This document shows, in pieces, positions 29,136 through 39,101 of a stretch of DNA of 64,000 nt; positions within the stretch are counted from its first letter, which is position 1; each line of letters opens with the position of its first letter. This stretch comes from an uncultured Leptospirales bacterium (GTDB lineage: Bacteria > Spirochaetota > UBA4802 > UBA5550). The position numbers and the translations under genes are program-made. A model generated the notes under the pieces. The model saw only the letters and a program-made list of their open reading frames with translations, was not told the DNA's origin and did no database searches. Location: the NCBI GenBank assembly GCA_964512685.1, contig CAZEJW010000003.1, forward strand, positions 3,168 to 67,167, in the 5' to 3' direction.

Positions 29136-29596
29136 TCATTCCGAACCTGAGTTTATTTTAAAAGAATATTAACAAATGAATATTCCCTTGAAGCAACCCC
29201 GATTCCTTATAATATTTTAACAAATCGGGGGAAAAATCATAAATTTTCATTTAATCCTGATGAAACTCATGATTTTTTAATTTAGTCTAAAAAGCGACAT
29301 AATTCAGAAAATATTATGTTATTATAAAAATCAATTAATTTTTATATTTAGTCTGTTATTGCTGTATAAATACAAATCTCAGCTGCTTTTAACCAAAGTG
29401 TTATACTGCTGATATAACTGATTCACATTTATTACCGGACAATATGAATCAGGAAAACTTACTCAACTATTTCTCTGTAATTATCGACATAATAAGTGGA
29501 AGACATTTTCAGGAAATCACTTTTTAGCGGAAAAGTTTAAAAAACATCAAAGATAAGCATAATTTGCAAAAACAATCACTCTGTCCGGGTTATAAC

Positions 29597-30328
29597 ATGA
29601 TCAGAATCAAAACAGTTTTCTTAATAATAATTTTTTCTATTTCAGCATTCGCTTCAAATCACAGGGAAATCCCCATGTATTATTATAGTCTGAAATTCCT
29701 GAAAAAAGCTGATTCTCCTGTGATTACACGGATGGTGAGGGTGGACAAAATTTCTTCTGGCAAAAAGATCCTCTCAAAAGGAATTCTTTTTACCTACAAG
29801 AACCGAAAGGCTCTGGATGTCAAAATTGGAGGGAATTTTAATTTCTGGAATCCTGAATCAATGCAAAGAAGTGATAATGGTGTATGGTATTTTTTCCTTG
29901 AAGGAGAAAGAGCACAAAAAAAAATCGAATACAAACTCAATGTTGACGGAATCTGGATAACTGACCCGAAAAACAGGAACAGGATGGATGACTGCTCAGG
30001 TTCCTACATTTCATTTGTCCATTTTCAAAAAGACAGGGAAGGAAAGCAAATATCCTACAGGCTGGTTGATAACAGAACAGTTGAATTCAGGATATACAAT
30101 CCACAGGCAAAATTAATATCTCTGGTTGGTGATTTCAACCACTGGAATCCCGAAAACGACCTTCTGCAAAAGGGCACAGATGGAATCTGGCGCCTTCGGA
30201 AAAGGCTTCCTGCCGGGACATTCAGATACAGATACATAATAGATGGCGAATGGTCAGCAGACCTTTATAATTCCAGATCAGCATCTGACTCATCCGGAGA
30301 AATCTGTTCTTTCATTACCCTGGAATAG
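29597..30328 (+). CDS. secreted protein with two CBM48/AMPK-beta-like glycogen-binding modules
   Basis: Signal peptide; GGNFNFWNPESM...GVWYF and GDFNHWNPEND...GIWRL...YRYIIDGEW motifs; ATG at 29597 preferred to TTG at 29564. Confidence 0.7.
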   Translation: MIRIKTVFLIIIFSISAFASNHREIPMYYYSLKFLKKADSPVITRMVRVDKISSGKKILSKGILFTYKNRKALDVKIGGNFNFWNPESMQRSDNGVWYFFLEGERAQKKIEYKLNVDGIWITDPKNRNRMDDCSGSYISFVHFQKDREGKQISYRLVDNRTVEFRIYNPQAKLISLVGDFNHWNPENDLLQKGTDGIWRLRKRLPAGTFRYRYIIDGEWSADLYNSRSASDSSGEICSFITLE

Positions 30329-30452
30329 AATCACATGCGACATTATTCCCGCCATTCCAGCAACAGTAAAAAAATAATTTCCATCCTACTTTTTTATTTC
30401 TATCTCAATTATTCTATTGACATATAGAAATTATTGAATCAATTTAATAGAA

Positions 30453-31013
30453 ATGAAAGATAATATAAGACATAATAAAATGAAAGAAAGTTTCATCATA
30501 GAAACAAAAGCCGAAAATGATGAGCTGATTCAGTATAGAAATGATCCCTTTCTTCTGATCGATCAGGGATATGAATACGTTGAAAATGGAGACTACGACA
30601 ACGCATTCAAACTCTTTTCACTGGGAGCATCCCTTGACAATTCAGACACAGAAATACTGAACGGACTCGGCATAACTCTGTATGAAATGGGCAAAATCAC
30701 TGAGTCAAGAATAGTGCTTGAAAGAGCAATACGCCTTGATCCTGAAGATGCAATAACGTATGCAAATCTCGCAGGTTCATGCTGGGAACAGGAAGATTAT
30801 GAGAAGGCTATATACTATTACACAAAATCAATAGAAAAGGATGCAGAGCTTGAAGAATCACACTACAATCTCATAAACTGCTACATAGAAATGGGAGCCT
30901 CTTTCATGGCGCTGATTGCCTGTAAAAAATTCCTTGATCTGTTTCCAGACAACCCTGAGGGAGAAGAACTTCTTTTTGAAATAATACTCAATCTCGGTAT
31001 ATCAATGGTTTAA
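30453..31013 (+). CDS. TPR repeat protein
   Basis: 186 aa with 3-4 canonical 34-aa TPR repeats (A..F..A...DP.....NLG). Confidence 0.7.
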   Translation: MKDNIRHNKMKESFIIETKAENDELIQYRNDPFLLIDQGYEYVENGDYDNAFKLFSLGASLDNSDTEILNGLGITLYEMGKITESRIVLERAIRLDPEDAITYANLAGSCWEQEDYEKAIYYYTKSIEKDAELEESHYNLINCYIEMGASFMALIACKKFLDLFPDNPEGEELLFEIILNLGISMV

Positions 31014-31456
31014 TAATTCTTTTTTTTATTTTTGATATAGTCTGAAACTTTTTCATTACTGCGATATGGGCTTCCCCCATCCAAAGAATGAAAAAAATCC
31101 AGTTTCCATCCGCTGTTTTCCTGAACAAGAAAGAAATTCGACCTGAAGCCTCTTCTGTTTTCAACAGGATGAAACCTGTATTCAATATCAACACGGGCAG
31201 TATTTTTCCTGATTTCAGTATTTATGATTTTCCAGTCTGCCTTTTTAAAATCATTAAAAAATGAAATCAGGCTCTTGTTAAGGGGGCTGTTTTTATCTGA
31301 AATGAATTCTCTGGTTTTTTTCGACAAATATATTTCAAAGGTGGCAGGTTTACTCTTTGCAAAATCCTTAAAAAAATCCTGAACATCCGGGCTGCCTTTT
31401 TCTACAGAACAGCTCAAAACAAACACTGAGAGCACCAGCGACAGTAATCCTTTCAT
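31010..31456 (-). CDS. putative lipoprotein
   Basis: 148 aa; signal sequence with lipobox-like V-L-S-C. Confidence 0.55.
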   Translation of the reverse strand: MKGLLSLVLSVFVLSCSVEKGSPDVQDFFKDFAKSKPATFEIYLSKKTREFISDKNSPLNKSLISFFNDFKKADWKIINTEIRKNTARVDIEYRFHPVENRRGFRSNFFLVQENSGWKLDFFHSLDGGSPYRSNEKVSDYIKNKKKNY

Positions 31457-31530
31457 TATTATTCCTCAATACAATAAAAAACTTTCTTCAGCAGACAGGA
31501 ACACACTGGTGTTCTTTCACGCTTTATTTT

Positions 31531-32724
31531 CTATTTGAAAAGATCTGTATATGATAATTTTTCCTTAAGTGTAAAAAAATCGCTCCCCCTGGATACATTT
31601 CTCAGCTTCGTCAGCATAGTTGATGAATCTATCAGATCTGTAAAACTGACTTCCTTAAGATCAAAATCAGCTGTTACAGAAACCATCACCCCGAATTTTC
31701 CATCAAGAAAAAACTTTGCAGCTCCATAGCCAAGCATACTTGCAAGAACTACATCAAATGCAACCGGTGTACCGGCCCTTGTTTCATAACCAACCTGTTT
31801 AGCTTTTATTTTCAGATCACTCCCGGTTTTCTCTCTGTAGATTGTTTTTACTCTTTCTGCAATAATATTAGAAATAAGTGCCTCTCCATAAATTACATTC
31901 CCATGTTTATCAACAGTTCTGGGTTTAAATTCATCAGGAAGACATTCAACAATTCCTTCAGACAGAACAATCACCCCGAAGGGTCTCTTTCTGTTCTGCC
32001 TCATTATTATAAGATCAGTTATTTTTTCAGCAAGAGAATCCGGATCAAGATCGTTTTCAAGGATATCCTCTGCAGAAACCATTGCAATGGCCTCAGAGGC
32101 TATTCCTGCAGCATAGGCAATCCATCCTGCCTTCCTTCCCATTACTTCAGCAATAAAAAAACTATCAGTCGCCTGTGCATCAGCCCGAAGATTGAGAAGT
32201 ATCTTCTGAGCTGCATCGACTGCTGTCCAGTAGCCAAAAGTCCATGGAATTCCATAATAATCATTATCAATTGTCTTTGGGATATGAATAACAGGGAAAC
32301 CCATCAGCCATAAAAAATTTGCGGTTTTAAGAGTATCATCACCGCCAATCGAAATCAGTGCATCAATGCCCAGATATTCCATTGCATCGATGATATTCCT
32401 GAGGGGTTTATTCTTATCCGGATTATTCAAATCCTCCATTGTTTTGATATTCTTCCCCGGATTAGCCCTGGAGGTTTTAAGAATCACACCTGTTCGGTTT
32501 CTGACCTTACTTATATCAAATGATACCTCTCCGTAATCCTGATCCTTGATAAGACAGGGATTCTTTTTATCAAATTTTTCAAGGCTTTCATAACCCCTCA
32601 TTATACCAATAACAGATATGCCATTGTCCAGAAGGGAAAGAGAAACTGATGAAATAACCGCATTTGCACTAGGAGCAGGACCGCCAGAAAACATAATACC
32701 AACCGTTTTATTTTCATTACCCAT
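31531..32724 (-). CDS. pfp: 6-phosphofructokinase, PPi-dependent type
   Basis: PFK family blocks SGGPAPSANAV, GGDDT, PKTIDND, MGRKAGW; Asp in GGDD and Lys in PKTIDND are the PPi-type determinants (ATP enzymes have Gly at both). Confidence 0.88.
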   Translation of the reverse strand: MGNENKTVGIMFSGGPAPSANAVISSVSLSLLDNGISVIGIMRGYESLEKFDKKNPCLIKDQDYGEVSFDISKVRNRTGVILKTSRANPGKNIKTMEDLNNPDKNKPLRNIIDAMEYLGIDALISIGGDDTLKTANFLWLMGFPVIHIPKTIDNDYYGIPWTFGYWTAVDAAQKILLNLRADAQATDSFFIAEVMGRKAGWIAYAAGIASEAIAMVSAEDILENDLDPDSLAEKITDLIIMRQNRKRPFGVIVLSEGIVECLPDEFKPRTVDKHGNVIYGEALISNIIAERVKTIYREKTGSDLKIKAKQVGYETRAGTPVAFDVVLASMLGYGAAKFFLDGKFGVMVSVTADFDLKEVSFTDLIDSSTMLTKLRNVSRGSDFFTLKEKLSYTDLFK

Positions 32725-32900
32725 AGTTTCCCTCGCAAAAAAAATTTGATTGAATAATGAATATTATACTTCAGCTCCAAAAGCATTCAATTAAAAAAAG
32801 GAAAGACTCCATTGGGGCACTGAGAAGACAAAAGGGGGATTCGTTGGCAGGCTTGAAATTCAGCAACATGTACAATAATGTTGCTGTGATAAAATGCAAA

Positions 32901-33263
32901 TCAGTGCATGTCTTCGTGCGAGGACAGCTCCCTGTAGATTTTTTCAGAGGTATACTTCATATGAAGAAAATTTACAATCATATCCTGTGCAGAAAGATCC
33001 AGGTCATCCCATTCAATCGAATCTTCCCTGCCAGATACCTTTACCAGGATCACTTCACTATCAGCTTCAAGACTAATCTCCACTGCCCTGTACATTTCGC
33101 AGGTTTCATCAAAGATAAAGGGGATACAAAGATCAAGTTCAGTAAGCCCTTCATTGATCCGCAGCATTCTTGTTACATAAGCCGCAATCCTTACCTGAAG
33201 ATCATATGTTCTGGTCTCAATATCGACTATCAATTCATCAAAATCTATTTTCTCTGTCATCAT
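32901..33263 (-). CDS. hypothetical acidic protein
   Basis: 120 aa; more plausible composition than the overlapping plus-strand ORF; 21 nt downstream of the preceding gene. Confidence 0.5.
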   Translation of the reverse strand: MMTEKIDFDELIVDIETRTYDLQVRIAAYVTRMLRINEGLTELDLCIPFIFDETCEMYRAVEISLEADSEVILVKVSGREDSIEWDDLDLSAQDMIVNFLHMKYTSEKIYRELSSHEDMH

Positions 33264-33284
33264 CCGGATTGTTCTATGATGTAA

Positions 33285-33719
33285 TCATGCACCTTTTTGA
33301 CTCATCATATACCTGTTTATGGATTTTTTTAAAACAACAGCAAGAGTCTTTTTCGTAATATGGGGGATTCTGTCCTCTTCATCGATTCGGCAGTTGCCAT
33401 TGCACAGTGCCCTGAAAATTTTAATCAGTTCTTTTGCTTCAAGATCAGACAGGTCTCTGCCGAATATAAATCCCTTTTCAGGACTATCACTGCTGCAAAG
33501 ATCACCACACAGACGGTGATTATTATAAAATATACTGCTTATCATAAGCCTTTTTACAACAGATGCAGATAAATCTGCTTCTTCCTTAACAGAAACTCCA
33601 TCCAGATAAACCGGAACAGATAAGTCCCCTCCGGTTATTTCCTTAGCCTTTTCTCTGATGGCAGCAAGGATTTCTTCATGCCTGTCGAGATCATTAACAG
33701 AAACTTTTTTTTCTGACAT
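33285..33719 (-). CDS. hypothetical protein
   Basis: ATG at 33719 has AGGAG 8 nt upstream; 144 aa; no recognisable domain. Confidence 0.5.
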   Translation of the reverse strand: MSEKKVSVNDLDRHEEILAAIREKAKEITGGDLSVPVYLDGVSVKEEADLSASVVKRLMISSIFYNNHRLCGDLCSSDSPEKGFIFGRDLSDLEAKELIKIFRALCNGNCRIDEEDRIPHITKKTLAVVLKKSINRYMMSQKGA

Positions 33720-33902
33720 AGGAATTCTCCTGTATTCCAAATAACTTCAGAACTGGTTTCGCCTAAAAATTCAGAATGATTTTAACATCCTGTTCTCAGA
33801 ATTTTCGGGAATATACGAATGCTCTTGTTTTATAATCGGAATAATTGAAAAATTACTACAGCTTTTATGAAGAATAATAGGTGAGGTTAATAAAAGAAAA
33901 TT

Positions 33903-33986
33903 TGCCGCGAGAGGGAGTCGAACCCTCACAGGCATATGCCCACTAGACCCTGAACCTAGCGCGTCTACCAATTCCGCCATCGCGGC
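33903..33986 (-). tRNA. tRNA-Leu (anticodon CAG)
   Basis: Hand-folded cloverleaf: acceptor GCCGCGA/TCGCGGC, anticodon stem CTAGG/TCTAG with loop TTCAGGG, long variable arm, T-arm GAGGG-TTCGACT-CCCTC; CCA not encoded. Confidence 0.9.
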
Positions 33987-34138
33987 AACAGCATCTGATA
34001 TAAATCGAGGACAATATTTGTCAAATAAAAAATTCACTCATTCACAAAAAGATCATCAGATAAACTTTCCATTGTCAAATTATATTATAATAATTCTATT
34101 CCATTTGTGTCCGCCAGTGATACAGCAGAAACAATTTA

Positions 34139-36853
34139 TTACCCGATTGTTTCAGTATATGGAAGAATCGATTCGATACGATATTTTTTTACTGTATCAT
34201 CAATGTTAAGCTCAAAGATTTCATCCACCTTTTTTCCCAGCATTGATCTTGCAATAGGAGATCTGAAAGAGAGAATATTTTTCTCAAAATCTGCATCCCA
34301 TGGGCCAAGGATTGTATACGTCTTTTTCTCTCCGGTTTCAAGATCTGTGAAAAAGACTCCAGTCCCAATAACTACAGAATCGGTTGAAATACTGTTTTCA
34401 TCAAGAACTGTTACAGTTTTCATTTCTTCATCGAGTCTTGATATTGAAAGTTTTAAAATGGACTGTTTTTCAAGCAAAGCATTATATTCAACATTTTCTC
34501 TTTGATCTGCTGACGCTTCAGAAACCTTTGCAAGTTCTTTTGACAGATTGACCATCTGAACATTCACCATTTGATCAAATTCAGCCTTTTTTTTCTCCAA
34601 ACCAGTTTTCGTGACGATGATCTTTTCGATACCCAGATCCCAGGCATCTTCCCTTGCCCCCTCCTGAAGAGTAAATTCAGGGGATCTCTCTTTAATGAAA
34701 GAAAGAAACTTATCTCTTTGAGAATCTTCAAGGTAGGAGATATCAAGAGAAAGGTCATAGAGCTTGCCAACAAATGACATATTGAAATTTTTTACTATCT
34801 CTTTAAGAACTATCTCTTCATTTCCAAAGATTAGCTCAACAGTCATATTCTTGAGTCTGTTTCCTTCTGACTCTATTTTTTTCAATTCATTCATAAGCCT
34901 GAAAAAAGTGATCACCAGCCTTTCTCTGGAATAATCCAGCCACTCATAATCCCAGGTTTTTGTAAAAAGATTCTTTGCCACCCAAATAAAAACTTCAGGA
35001 TACTGTTTTGCTCCGGTTGTCACTCTATCAATAAAATTATTGATGATATTATACGAATGAGCCCTTATGAGTTTATTCATAATATACTTATGGATTCTTA
35101 CAGGAGATTCAAACAGAAGCTCTGATACAACCTCAGACCAATCCTCGCGAGATTCCTCAATAAGATTTACAAGATCCTTTTTATAATCATAAGAACTTAT
35201 CTTCATGGATATGAGATGAAGTTCCCTGCTGTCCCTAATTGTATCCAGCACTTTGGTCCTTATAGGATCGAGTTTAATCTTCTTTGGATCAACATATTCA
35301 GCAAGGTCTCGAAGTATGAAAAACGAAAGAATCTGCCTTGTAAAAGACTGTCCCTTGATTTCTCCTGTGAAATAATCAATAAAATACTGAACAACAGAAG
35401 AACCTTCATTCTTTTCAATATTGTTAATAAATTCAATAGCTACATCCAGTCTTGAGCTGAAAGAATCCACCCGGGTAAAATTATCAAGAAGCTCTTCAAC
35501 ATATGTAAGTGGTTTATCTCTCATAAAAAAGAGGTCTTTTTTCTTTTCAGAAACACCAAAATTAGAATCCTTCTTTATCAGAGTTCTGGCCTTTGTCCAC
35601 CATTTACCCCAGTTTTTCTCTTCAACATATTCAGAGATCAACTCACGCTTGATATCCGCCAGAAGAATTTTACCGCCATATGACTTTATGAGAATTTCAA
35701 AAAACTGAAGGAAATCATCCTTAAAAAGACTTTTCAGCATTTCAGGATCTTCACTCTTCATTACATAAATATGATCATTACTGATCGGTGTAAGGGACTG
35801 AAGCCCCATCTTTATTGACATCTGGTGATCAGATTTATCTTCAAAATCTATAGTCAGTCTCTCATTGTCTATCTCAACAATTTTGCCCAGTTTCCATGAA
35901 CCGTGAAAAACATAATTTCCTTTATCAAAGACAATATTCTTTTCAAAATCCTCAATTGCAAATTTTACCGGAGTTTTAAAATTACTGAGTTTCGATAACT
36001 TGAGAAACTGATCGAACTGCGAATGCTCTGAATATTTTATTTCATAAAATTTTATCAGATCCCTTCTTGCCTGATGATCATCAGGTTTATATGACAGGAT
36101 CTTCTTTAAAAATTCTATGGACTGATCAGGATTTTCCTCGTCCTTGTACTTATTGAGTAATGACTTGAGAAGCAAGGCAACAAGGCTGAATTCCTTTGCA
36201 TCAACAATAGACCTTTCAATTCTTTCAAAGAAGGGGATATCTTCTGTTGAAGCAGCTTCCACAAGTTTGTTCCACAGGATAACAACTTCGTCAAATTCCC
36301 TTATTTTTATAAAGCCCTCTATTGCAAGTTTATTGTAATATATACTCTTTTCTCTGTTCTCGCTGGCAAGAGCCAGTGATAGTTTTTTGGCCACATTCGC
36401 GTCAAAACGATCAATTTTAAGCAGGTTTTCCAGAATAGGAATCGCGTCTTTACTTCTCCCGAGCTTTTCCAGACTCATTGCAAGAGATCTTAGTGCGAAA
36501 CTGTTTTCTCCAAATTCAAGAATCTTTTCAGAAATTCTCTCAACAACGGCCCATTTATGAAAACTGGTAAAAACCTCAATCAGGTGTTTCAATTCCCTTT
36601 GGTCTTCAATGCTGTCATTATGATACCCTGCGAGCCCGATAAGATAGACTGCTGTAATGGATTCAGGATATTCATCGAGATGTTTATTACAGATTTCAAG
36701 AGACTCTGAGATTATATTCTCTGAAACGATCATATTAAAAATATCATCGAGTATCTTAAACTTTGATATTCCTATATCTTTTGGTTCAATTCTCCCCCAC
36801 TGCTCTTCTTTAAAGAGCGAATTAAGCTTCTCTATTACCTTTTCTTTTGACAT
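34139..36853 (-). CDS. greA: long-form transcription elongation factor GreA
   Basis: C-terminal ~150 aa shows a GreA coiled coil plus FKBP-like domain (TILGPWDADFEKNILSFRSPIARSMLGKKVDE); ~740-aa N-terminal extension. Confidence 0.78.
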   Translation of the reverse strand: MSKEKVIEKLNSLFKEEQWGRIEPKDIGISKFKILDDIFNMIVSENIISESLEICNKHLDEYPESITAVYLIGLAGYHNDSIEDQRELKHLIEVFTSFHKWAVVERISEKILEFGENSFALRSLAMSLEKLGRSKDAIPILENLLKIDRFDANVAKKLSLALASENREKSIYYNKLAIEGFIKIREFDEVVILWNKLVEAASTEDIPFFERIERSIVDAKEFSLVALLLKSLLNKYKDEENPDQSIEFLKKILSYKPDDHQARRDLIKFYEIKYSEHSQFDQFLKLSKLSNFKTPVKFAIEDFEKNIVFDKGNYVFHGSWKLGKIVEIDNERLTIDFEDKSDHQMSIKMGLQSLTPISNDHIYVMKSEDPEMLKSLFKDDFLQFFEILIKSYGGKILLADIKRELISEYVEEKNWGKWWTKARTLIKKDSNFGVSEKKKDLFFMRDKPLTYVEELLDNFTRVDSFSSRLDVAIEFINNIEKNEGSSVVQYFIDYFTGEIKGQSFTRQILSFFILRDLAEYVDPKKIKLDPIRTKVLDTIRDSRELHLISMKISSYDYKKDLVNLIEESREDWSEVVSELLFESPVRIHKYIMNKLIRAHSYNIINNFIDRVTTGAKQYPEVFIWVAKNLFTKTWDYEWLDYSRERLVITFFRLMNELKKIESEGNRLKNMTVELIFGNEEIVLKEIVKNFNMSFVGKLYDLSLDISYLEDSQRDKFLSFIKERSPEFTLQEGAREDAWDLGIEKIIVTKTGLEKKKAEFDQMVNVQMVNLSKELAKVSEASADQRENVEYNALLEKQSILKLSISRLDEEMKTVTVLDENSISTDSVVIGTGVFFTDLETGEKKTYTILGPWDADFEKNILSFRSPIARSMLGKKVDEIFELNIDDTVKKYRIESILPYTETIG

Positions 36854-36928
36854 ATTACCATCCCGTGATTATTTAATTTCAACCCTGACTGAACCATAAT
36901 GTGGAAATTTCATAAATATTAATATAGA

Positions 36929-36958
36929 AAATACCCATCCTTTAATTGATGGGTATTT
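36929..36958 (-). terminator. rho-independent terminator after flaA
   Basis: 11-bp stem AAATACCCATC/GATGGGTATTT, 8-nt loop, T-rich flank on the minus strand. Confidence 0.6.
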
Positions 36959-37033
36959 AATATACAATTTTGATTTAAGCTTCGAAACAGAAAAACTGTT
37001 TACTGAACTTTTAATGGAATAAATATTCAGTCT

Positions 37034-37927
37034 TTATTTCTGACCCTTGGGAGCTGTTCCATTTCCATCAAAGACATCATGCAAATCACTTCCGTCAAAA
37101 TTGACTTCATAAGTGTCAGTCAAGACCTTGAGTTGATCAAAAAAGAAATATGTGTCCTGTATAAGCTCCTCTCGATGAGCATTTATCTGAGCTCTCAGTA
37201 CAAACCTGGTAATTTTGGTTACCCTTGTCTGAGGATAAGACTCATAGGATTGAGGAATGCTTGCAGGGATATAGACTTTCATTGGTCTCCAGCCCACAAA
37301 GTTCACTGAGCCAAACTTGAGTATATGAGTGTCGCCTCTATAGTCTTTCACCCATACTTCCAGATCATATGGATTACCTCTTCCGTGGACCCATATTGAA
37401 ATTGCCTTTGCCTGACCTGGAAGCTGTATTCCTTTTTCCTGCTCATCCTGACGGGTACTGGGATTATATGTCAGTGCAGGTTTTTTACTCTTCCAGTCAA
37501 CTTCAAGAGGCGGAAGAATATGAACAGAGTTGAATCCAGGGTATCTGAATTTAAATTTTACTCCAAGGCATCTTTCCGTATTTTTACCCAGTTCTGTAAG
37601 TGACCATTCTTCAGCAACCAGATCATTTGGAGATCCTTTTATGAATTTAAGAGAGAGAATCGGAACAGGATTTTTCCTCTTCTTGGTGTTTCCCTCTTCA
37701 CCTTTTTTATATTCCTTTGGAATTGTCTTTACTACCCAGCCTTTATCACTGATTTCGCCTTTTTCAAAATCTTCAATAACAACGGCTTTTATAGCTTCAC
37801 CGCTTATATCAGAAGGTACATTAGTAACTATCTTTGAGATAAGGGCGCCGGGCATTATAAGAACAAAAGCTAGAAGCACCACAAAACCAAGAACTACCTT
37901 TTTTATTTTATTAGAAGTATGTATCAT
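37034..37927 (-). CDS. flaA: flagellar filament outer layer (sheath) protein FlaA
   Basis: Signal peptide; conserved spirochaetal FlaA blocks (SIWVHGRGNPYDLEVWVKDYRGDTHILKFGSVNFVGWRPM; FFFDQLKVLTD). Confidence 0.8.
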   Translation of the reverse strand: MIHTSNKIKKVVLGFVVLLAFVLIMPGALISKIVTNVPSDISGEAIKAVVIEDFEKGEISDKGWVVKTIPKEYKKGEEGNTKKRKNPVPILSLKFIKGSPNDLVAEEWSLTELGKNTERCLGVKFKFRYPGFNSVHILPPLEVDWKSKKPALTYNPSTRQDEQEKGIQLPGQAKAISIWVHGRGNPYDLEVWVKDYRGDTHILKFGSVNFVGWRPMKVYIPASIPQSYESYPQTRVTKITRFVLRAQINAHREELIQDTYFFFDQLKVLTDTYEVNFDGSDLHDVFDGNGTAPKGQK

Positions 37928-37963
37928 TTTTTATAAGCCTCCCTTCTTACCTATCACCAGATT

Positions 37964-38749
37964 TTACCAAGTATCCTTGATACTTTCATCACCGGTAAAT
38001 TCTGAAAGATCTGTAATAACTCTGAACTGATCCAGATAAAAATAGAATGTGCCCGGTACTTCAAATCTATCACTCTCAACAAAAAACGAAACGAAGTGAA
38101 GGTTCTTATCCAATACAGCATATGAAGATGATTGAGGAAGCCAGCCGGGAACGATTACAGACATTTCCTTCCAGCCCCAGAAATCCAGTCTTCCAATTTT
38201 GATTTTATGGAGATGACCCTTATAATCTCTCAGTTTCAGAAAAAGCGTATGTCTCTTTTTTCTACCAAGGACCCATACCTTGAACTCCCTGGCTTTTCCG
38301 CGAATTATATATTCATTTGGCGGAAACACTTCTACTCGATCAAAGCCTCTGTCCATGAAATAGGATTTCACACCAAGTGCAAATTTATTTTCATGAACAA
38401 GCCCATTATCATCAGGTTGCGTCTTTTCTGAGAAACCATCCTCAGAAACCTGATTATTTTCGTTTACGAACTTACCCTCGGCATTTACAGGTCTTGGTTT
38501 CCCTGCAATTTTCCTGATTTTAGTATCACCGATAGGACAGGTAGCCATGGCTCTCCAGTCTTCGCATGATTCGAAATCATTTAACCAGTCTTCGACCAGG
38601 CCGTCCTGTTTCTTCTTTTTATTTTGAGCAGGAGCTCCGCCAGCAGCACCGGTCTCCTGAGCGATAAGATCCACACTACCATTGCCGAATACCATAATAA
38701 GAGCACCAAGAAATATCGACAACGCTATACGTTTAAACTCCATTTTCAT
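37964..38749 (-). CDS. flaA: flagellar filament outer layer (sheath) protein FlaA, second paralogue
   Basis: Same blocks as the downstream gene (KVWVLGRKKRHTLFLKLRDYKGHLHKIKIGRLDFWGWKEM; FYLDQFRVITD). Confidence 0.8.
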   Translation of the reverse strand: MKMEFKRIALSIFLGALIMVFGNGSVDLIAQETGAAGGAPAQNKKKKQDGLVEDWLNDFESCEDWRAMATCPIGDTKIRKIAGKPRPVNAEGKFVNENNQVSEDGFSEKTQPDDNGLVHENKFALGVKSYFMDRGFDRVEVFPPNEYIIRGKAREFKVWVLGRKKRHTLFLKLRDYKGHLHKIKIGRLDFWGWKEMSVIVPGWLPQSSSYAVLDKNLHFVSFFVESDRFEVPGTFYFYLDQFRVITDLSEFTGDESIKDTW

Positions 38750-39101
38750 TTTTAACTCCTTTTATATATTGATTAAAAATGATATATTTCAAAAAAACCA
38801 ACAACTTTATTGAATTATCCATCTCACTATTTCAGCTATCGGTTAAAAGCAGAGAAAAGTTGAGAATAAATTTTATTAATGCTTTTATTATTTTATATTT
38901 AGTAGCCACAATGTCAAGAAAATAATAATGAAAAGAACTTCTGTATAAAAATTTATTATATGATGCCACAATTAAAATCTTGACATCAACAAAAGCAGGA
39001 ATATCACACAAATCATTGATTCCGGTTTCTATCCGAAAAAATTCATTTTTCAATAATTAAATAAATGGAATATACTGACATTAAATATTCAGGGAAAGCA
39101 A

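Noticed and set aside
29197-29230. 8-bp stem hairpin CCCCGATT...AATCGGGG in the 428-bp gap upstream of the acidic TPR gene
   Set aside because: It has an 18-nt AT-rich loop, no T-tract on either strand and no second copy. This is insufficient to call a terminator or regulatory RNA.
32757-33284. 175-aa plus-strand ORF
   Set aside because: It has Cys/His/Phe-rich implausible composition and fully overlaps the more plausible 120-aa minus-strand ORF, which continues the minus-strand gene series.
33771-34037. 88-aa minus-strand ORF
   Set aside because: It overlaps the tRNA-Leu gene completely. Its translated sequence is the tRNA read as codons.
33740-34140. Integrated mobile element at tRNA-Leu
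   Set aside because: No integrase, recombinase or phage genes flank the tRNA, and I could not find a direct repeat of its 3' end nearby.
37530-38030. 166-aa plus-strand ORF
   Set aside because: It is antisense to the well-supported flaA genes, spans their intergenic gap, and has implausible composition.
38833-38875. Sigma-28-type promoter upstream of the flaA pair
   Set aside because: Only a partial -10 match (ACCGATAG against GCCGATAA) is present, and there is no TAAA at the correct -35 spacing. From memory, spirochaetal flaA genes are usually sigma-70 dependent.
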